Assembly (NCBI GenBank): GCA_902536005.1
Contig: CACAVT010000001.1
Coordinates: 7-64,006 of the forward strand
Source of the DNA: an uncultured Pelagibacteraceae bacterium
GTDB lineage: Bacteria; Pseudomonadota; Alphaproteobacteria; Pelagibacterales; Pelagibacteraceae
DNA length: 64,000 nt
Reading direction: 5' to 3'
Part shown: one piece after another, positions 59,194 to 64,000 of the stretch
Position numbering within the stretch: the first letter of the stretch is position 1
How the letters are laid out: each line of letters starts with the position of its first letter
The notes under the pieces: generated by a model
Told to the model about the DNA's origin: nothing
What the model saw: the letters and a program-made list of their open reading frames with translations, nothing else
Databases searched by the model: none
Program-made: the position numbers and the translations under genes

Positions 59194-60254
59194 ATTAAAC
59201 TTTCTAAATCTTTACTTGATGGCAACAGTCTCGCTTCATCAAAATCTTTTAAGTTATTCTGTTCAATAATTTTTTGTAAAACCTCTATATATTGGCTTCC
59301 TGTTTCTGCATATTTATCTAAATGTTTAGACAAAATTAAACTATCTAAAGGTTTATTTTGATTTCTAAGTTCTGTTCTAGCTTTTCTTAAATTTTTATAA
59401 GTTGAATGTGTATTTAAATTTCTTAAATATGCTCTTACAGATAGTTGCAAGCTATGGAATTTCATAACTTTATGATCTTTACCTTCATCAGCATTTTTAG
59501 GTTTTAATCCTTCTCCAGACCAAGTCCATTGTCCAAACAAAGCATTTCCCTTTAAAGCAAATCTTGAAGTACCCCAGCCAGTTTCTTTAGCAGCTTGAGC
59601 TATTGCTAATGAAACTGGTATTTCATCCATTCTCACTTTTAAAGTTGATAAATCATTTTTTCTTACACCATATTGTTTATATTTTTTTTCTAACCATTTT
59701 TTTTCAATATCAGTGTTGCTATTTTTATTTAAAATTGTGAATAATCTTTTTCTATCAATTCTAATTTTATTATTTTCCTTAACTATTAAAGGGAGAACAA
59801 TTTTTATAAACATATTTTTTCTTTTTTTAGTATTAGCTATGTTTTTAATTTCATTTGGAAGAAGGCCAATATCTATTGGTTTAACTAACTTTGTATCTCT
59901 CACATCTTTTAAATTATAATTTACCTCTTTGAACAATGAGTCAATCTCGGTTGTTGTGTATCTTACAAGATTAATCTCAGAATTATTATCTTCTAAAATA
60001 TCATATAATAAATCCCTCTCATCAGAATCTACTGCTGAGTCTTCCTCAATTAATTTATCTTTATTAAGAGTACTATTCAAAATATTTTTTGAATTATTTG
60101 TAAATTCTTTATTATTAAAATTTTTATCAGCAAAATTAATGATAATCGGTGCCACTGAAAAAAATGAAATTACAATAAAAGAACTTAAAAAAAACCGTGA
60201 AACTATATTGAAACTTTTATTTTTTAAAAAACCTGATTTTTTTGATTTACTCAT
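59190..60254 (-). CDS. Bax-like glucosaminidase (GH73-related) protein
   Basis: IPVSLAIAQAAKETGWGTSRFA, NALFG, YLRNLNTH. Confidence 0.87.
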   Translation of the reverse strand: MSKSKKSGFLKNKSFNIVSRFFLSSFIVISFFSVAPIIINFADKNFNNKEFTNNSKNILNSTLNKDKLIEEDSAVDSDERDLLYDILEDNNSEINLVRYTTTEIDSLFKEVNYNLKDVRDTKLVKPIDIGLLPNEIKNIANTKKRKNMFIKIVLPLIVKENNKIRIDRKRLFTILNKNSNTDIEKKWLEKKYKQYGVRKNDLSTLKVRMDEIPVSLAIAQAAKETGWGTSRFALKGNALFGQWTWSGEGLKPKNADEGKDHKVMKFHSLQLSVRAYLRNLNTHSTYKNLRKARTELRNQNKPLDSLILSKHLDKYAETGSQYIEVLQKIIEQNNLKDFDEARLLPSSKDLESLI

Positions 60255-60260
60255 AAATTA

Positions 60261-60803
60261 TTATTGTATAGCGACAACCTCTTTTACTTCTGGTAAATAA
60301 TGACATAAAAGATTTTGAACACCTTGTTTTAAAGTCATAGTTGAACTAGGACATCCAGAACAACTACCTTGCAATTGAACTTTTACAACTCCATCTTTAA
60401 ATTCTTTAAATTTAATATCACCTCCATCTCTAGCAACAGCTGGTCTTATTTTTTCTTCCAAAATTTTTACAATTTTTGTTTCAATTTCGCTTAAATCCAA
60501 ATCCTCTTCTTTTATATTTTCATCAATTACAAACTCTTTACCATCTGCGTAAAAATCATTTATTAGTGAAATTACGATATGTTTTATTTCATCCCACTTA
60601 ATGTTTTCGTTCTTATTTACTGAAATAAAATCTTGACCTAAAAAAATGCCCTCAACACCATTTATTGACAAAATATTTCTCACCAATTCATTATTCATAT
60701 CTTCTTTATTTGTAATTTCATAAGGACCACTATTTGAAACTTTCTTACCAGGAAGAAATTTCAAAGAATTTGGATTTGGTGTTACTTCTGTTTGCACGAA
60801 CAT
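60261..60803 (-). CDS. nfuA: NifU/NfuA-type Fe-S carrier
   Basis: TPNPNSLKF, IRPAVARDGGD, GSCSGCPSS. Confidence 0.9.
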   Translation of the reverse strand: MFVQTEVTPNPNSLKFLPGKKVSNSGPYEITNKEDMNNELVRNILSINGVEGIFLGQDFISVNKNENIKWDEIKHIVISLINDFYADGKEFVIDENIKEEDLDLSEIETKIVKILEEKIRPAVARDGGDIKFKEFKDGVVKVQLQGSCSGCPSSTMTLKQGVQNLLCHYLPEVKEVVAIQ

Positions 60804-60855
60804 AAATTATATATAGTGAATATTTTAAAAATTAAAACTCGATAATAAATTTTTA

Positions 60856-61857
60856 TTAAAAACCTACTATTTCTTTAATTCTTTCAATCTTTTTAGAGGC
60901 AATCATATTTGCTTTTTCAACTCCATCTAGAAGAATTTCATCAAGAAATTTTTCATCTTCTAAAAGTTTTTTTATCTCATTAGAAATAGGTTCAATTTTA
61001 TTAACAAGTTCCTCGGCTAATTGCTCTTTAAATTCTGAAAAATTTTTACCTGAAAAATTTTTTACTGAGTTTTGTAATGTAGAATTAGTTAAGCTTGAAT
61101 AAATTCCTAAAAGATTCTTTGCCTCTAATCTCCCATCAAGTTCCTTTATATCTTGTGGCATAGGTAAAGGATCAGTTTTTGCTTTTTTTATTTTATTTAT
61201 TATTTGATCTTTATCATCTGTTAAATTTATTCGACTTAAGTCCGATAATTCTGATTTACTCATTTTTTTTGAACCATCTTTTAAACTCATTATCCTAGAA
61301 AACTCTTTTTGAATTAAAGGTTCTGGAACTTGAAGAAAATTTCCTACATCAAAATCACTATTGAATTTTTGAGCTATATCTCTACACAACTCCAAATGTT
61401 GTTTTTGATCATCACCTACAGGAACATGAGTAGCATCATATAAAAGAATATCAGCTGCCATTAGAACTGGATAAGAATATAATCCAATACTAGCTTTCTC
61501 TTTGTCTTTGCCGGCTTTCTCTTTGAATTGGGTCATTCTATTTAACCAACCCATTCTAGCGACACAACTTAATATCCATGCTCCTTCTGCATGAGCAGCC
61601 ACTCTAGATTGATTAAAAATTATACTTTTTTTTGGATCTATTCCACTTGCTATAAAAGTTGCAACAGTTTCCCGGATATTATTTTTTAATTCTTTAGGAT
61701 CTTGCCTTATTGTAATAGCATGCAAATCAACTACACAAAAAATACACTTATTATCTTTATCGTTATTTAAGTCTACAAAGTTTTTTATGGCACCTAAATA
61801 ATTTCCAAGATGAAGATTACCTGTAGGCTGAACACCAGAGAATATTTTTTTACCCAT
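60856..61857 (-). CDS. trpS: Tryptophan--tRNA ligase
   Basis: [29 protein letters not shown]. Confidence 0.97.
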   Translation of the reverse strand: MGKKIFSGVQPTGNLHLGNYLGAIKNFVDLNNDKDNKCIFCVVDLHAITIRQDPKELKNNIRETVATFIASGIDPKKSIIFNQSRVAAHAEGAWILSCVARMGWLNRMTQFKEKAGKDKEKASIGLYSYPVLMAADILLYDATHVPVGDDQKQHLELCRDIAQKFNSDFDVGNFLQVPEPLIQKEFSRIMSLKDGSKKMSKSELSDLSRINLTDDKDQIINKIKKAKTDPLPMPQDIKELDGRLEAKNLLGIYSSLTNSTLQNSVKNFSGKNFSEFKEQLAEELVNKIEPISNEIKKLLEDEKFLDEILLDGVEKANMIASKKIERIKEIVGF

Positions 61858-61861
61858 AAAA

Positions 61862-63391
61862 TTAATACTTTAATTTAATATCATTCATTTGAAAAGCTTT
61901 GATGAAATAGCACACAATTAAATAAAACAATAATCCCAATATAACAGATAAAACTAAATAAAAAGATTTAATTGATTGATTAAATGCTAACTCGTTTTGG
62001 AAAAAATTTAACATAAAGTTAAAAAATAAACCCATCATAATTGATGCAAAAATTATTTTAATAAATTTAATAAAAAATATTTGGTTAAAATAAAATAATT
62101 GTCGATTTTTTAAAAATAAAAATAACAATATTGAATTAAACCAAGATGAAATAGATGTCGCTATTGGAATTATTATAAAACCAATTTCACTAAAATAATA
62201 CAAACTGATAAAAATATTAACCAATACCGAGATCAAAGAAATGTAAAATGGAGTTTTGGTATCATGGTTTGCAAAGAAAAAACTTGAAAAAACTTTTATC
62301 AATGCAAAAGCTGGCAGACCTAAAGCAAAATAATATAAAGCTAAACTTGAGTTGCTCACCGAATTTTCATTGAAGGACCCATAGCCAAATAAAGCTGAAA
62401 TAATTTGTTCTGATCCTATGATTAAAGCGATAGTTGCTGGAAGACTTAAGAATAAACTTAATTCAAGAGCTTTATTTTGTATGAGCAAAATCTTATATTT
62501 TTTTCTAGATTTAATATGTTTTGAAAGCTGTGGAAGTATTACAACACCAATAGCAATACCAGCTATAGCTAGGTTAATTTGATAAATTCTATCAGCATAA
62601 TACAAATAAGAAACCGCACTTGCTTGAAATGATGCGATTATCGTTCCGATTAAAATATTAATTTGAGTAACACCTGATGAAAAAATACTAGGTAAAAGTT
62701 TTTTAAAAAAAAATTTAACTTTGTTACTTACTTTTAATTCAAAATTAAATTTAAGTAAGTAATATTTTGATACATATTTATATAAAAATATTAATTGTAA
62801 AAAACCAGCAAAAGAAACACCATAAGACAAATAATAAACTAATTGATCACCTAAAGATTTTGAAAAAATTAATACTAAAATTAAAATAACATTCAATATT
62901 ATTGGAGCTGCAGCAGCAGCTGCAAACTTGTTATGTGAATTTAAAATTGCAGAAAAAAAAGAGGCTAAACAAATAAAAAATAGAAAAGGAAAAGTAATCC
63001 TAGTTAAATTTATAGCCACCTCCATTTTTTCTAAATCACCTACAAACCCTGGAGCTATAATTGAAACAAATGCAGGCATGAAAATTTCAATAATTATTGT
63101 TAGAAATAGCAATCCTAAAAATAGAAGATTAAAAATGTCATTAGCAAATTTATTTGATTGTTTTTTACCTTTAGTTATTTCTGATGAATAACTTGGAACA
63201 AATGCTGCATTAAAAGTTCCCTCGGCAAATAACCGTCTGAAAGTATTTGGAATTCTAAATGCTACAAAGAAAGCATCTGCCAAAATTCCTGTTCCTAGAA
63301 AAAATGCTATTAAAATGTCTCTTAAATAACCAAGCAATCTACTAATGATAGTATAAAAACCAAATGTCCCTGTTGACTTAAGTAAGTTCAT
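61862..63391 (-). CDS. murJ: Lipid II flippase MurJ
   Basis: [30 protein letters not shown]. Confidence 0.96.
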   Translation of the reverse strand: MNLLKSTGTFGFYTIISRLLGYLRDILIAFFLGTGILADAFFVAFRIPNTFRRLFAEGTFNAAFVPSYSSEITKGKKQSNKFANDIFNLLFLGLLFLTIIIEIFMPAFVSIIAPGFVGDLEKMEVAINLTRITFPFLFFICLASFFSAILNSHNKFAAAAAAPIILNVILILVLIFSKSLGDQLVYYLSYGVSFAGFLQLIFLYKYVSKYYLLKFNFELKVSNKVKFFFKKLLPSIFSSGVTQINILIGTIIASFQASAVSYLYYADRIYQINLAIAGIAIGVVILPQLSKHIKSRKKYKILLIQNKALELSLFLSLPATIALIIGSEQIISALFGYGSFNENSVSNSSLALYYFALGLPAFALIKVFSSFFFANHDTKTPFYISLISVLVNIFISLYYFSEIGFIIIPIATSISSWFNSILLFLFLKNRQLFYFNQIFFIKFIKIIFASIMMGLFFNFMLNFFQNELAFNQSIKSFYLVLSVILGLLFYLIVCYFIKAFQMNDIKLKY

Positions 63392-63443
63392 AAATCATAT
63401 TAGTCTTAATTTTACCCCAATTGTACACTTATTGTTATCAGAA

Positions 63444-64000
63444 ATGAAAAAAACAAAAATTGATCATTATACAGATAAGGAAGCATTAGATTTTCATAAA
63501 GACAAAAAACCTGGCAAGATTGAGATTATTTCTTCCAAAAATATGACAACTAAGCGAGATCTCGCTTTAGCGTATTCACCAGGAGTCGCTGCTCCTGTAA
63601 AAAAAATAAGTGAAAACCCAGAAGCAGCTTATGATTACACAAGTAAAGGAAACCTTGTTGCTGTAATAAGTAATGGTTCAGCAATATTAGGGATGGGAAA
63701 TTTAGGTGCTCTTGCATCAAAACCTGTGATGGAAGGAAAGGCTGTATTATTTAAAAGATTTGCAGATATAGATTCGATTGATTTAGAGATTGATTGTAAA
63801 GATTCAGGCGAAATCATAAATTCAATTAAAAATTTTGCACCTAGTTTTGGTGGAATAAATTTAGAAGACATAGCAGCCCCAGATTGTTTTATAATAGAAC
63901 AGAAGTTAAAAGAAATTTTGGATATTCCAGTTTTTCATGATGACCAACATGGAACAGCAATTATAACAACCGCAGCATTAATTAATGCCTTAGATATTTG
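63444..64000 (+). CDS. maeB: NADP-dependent malic enzyme (5' part, runs off the window end)
   Basis: My translation: MKKTKIDHYTDKEALDFH...DLALAYSPGVA...KPVMEGKAVLFKRFA...FHDDQHGTA. Confidence 0.93.
   Translation, partial: MKKTKIDHYTDKEALDFHKDKKPGKIEIISSKNMTTKRDLALAYSPGVAAPVKKISENPEAAYDYTSKGNLVAVISNGSAILGMGNLGALASKPVMEGKAVLFKRFADIDSIDLEIDCKDSGEIINSIKNFAPSFGGINLEDIAAPDCFIIEQKLKEILDIPVFHDDQHGTAIITTAALINALDI

Overview
Very AT-rich, densely packed core-genome segment of a streamlined alphaproteobacterium. Gene content and order strongly suggest SAR11/Candidatus Pelagibacter; this assignment is inferred, not searched. Most of the window is housekeeping: gltDB, aceEF, acetoacetate/acyl-CoA enzymes, helicase-terB-fdxA-carD, argH-lysA, dnaA-dnaN, mutM/ubiE-ubiB-coaBC-dut, irr-rbr-FeS oxidoreductase-DUF3501, fabABI, the fur-miaB...metK-nusA-infB-rbfA-rpsO-pnp run, nfuA, trpS, murJ and the start of maeB. 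The outstanding anomaly is at 22279-23344. A host tRNA-Leu(CAA) gene is split in its anticodon loop by a 981-bp integrase-free insertion. The insertion has an 8-bp duplicated core and tandem 11-bp arm-type repeats lying exactly 55 bp inside each junction. It does not rebuild the host tRNA. Instead it carries a complete, sequence-divergent tRNA-Leu(CAA) and a SAM-dependent methyltransferase. Other notable items missed by the ORF track or unusual in structure: a 30-aa protamine/H1-like microprotein next to a CarD with a Lys-rich extension, an LptM-like lipoprotein with two extra cysteines, a lipoyl-domain-fused AceE, a repeat/uORF leader on pnp, and a half-size TsaB overlapping a divergent gene head-to-head.
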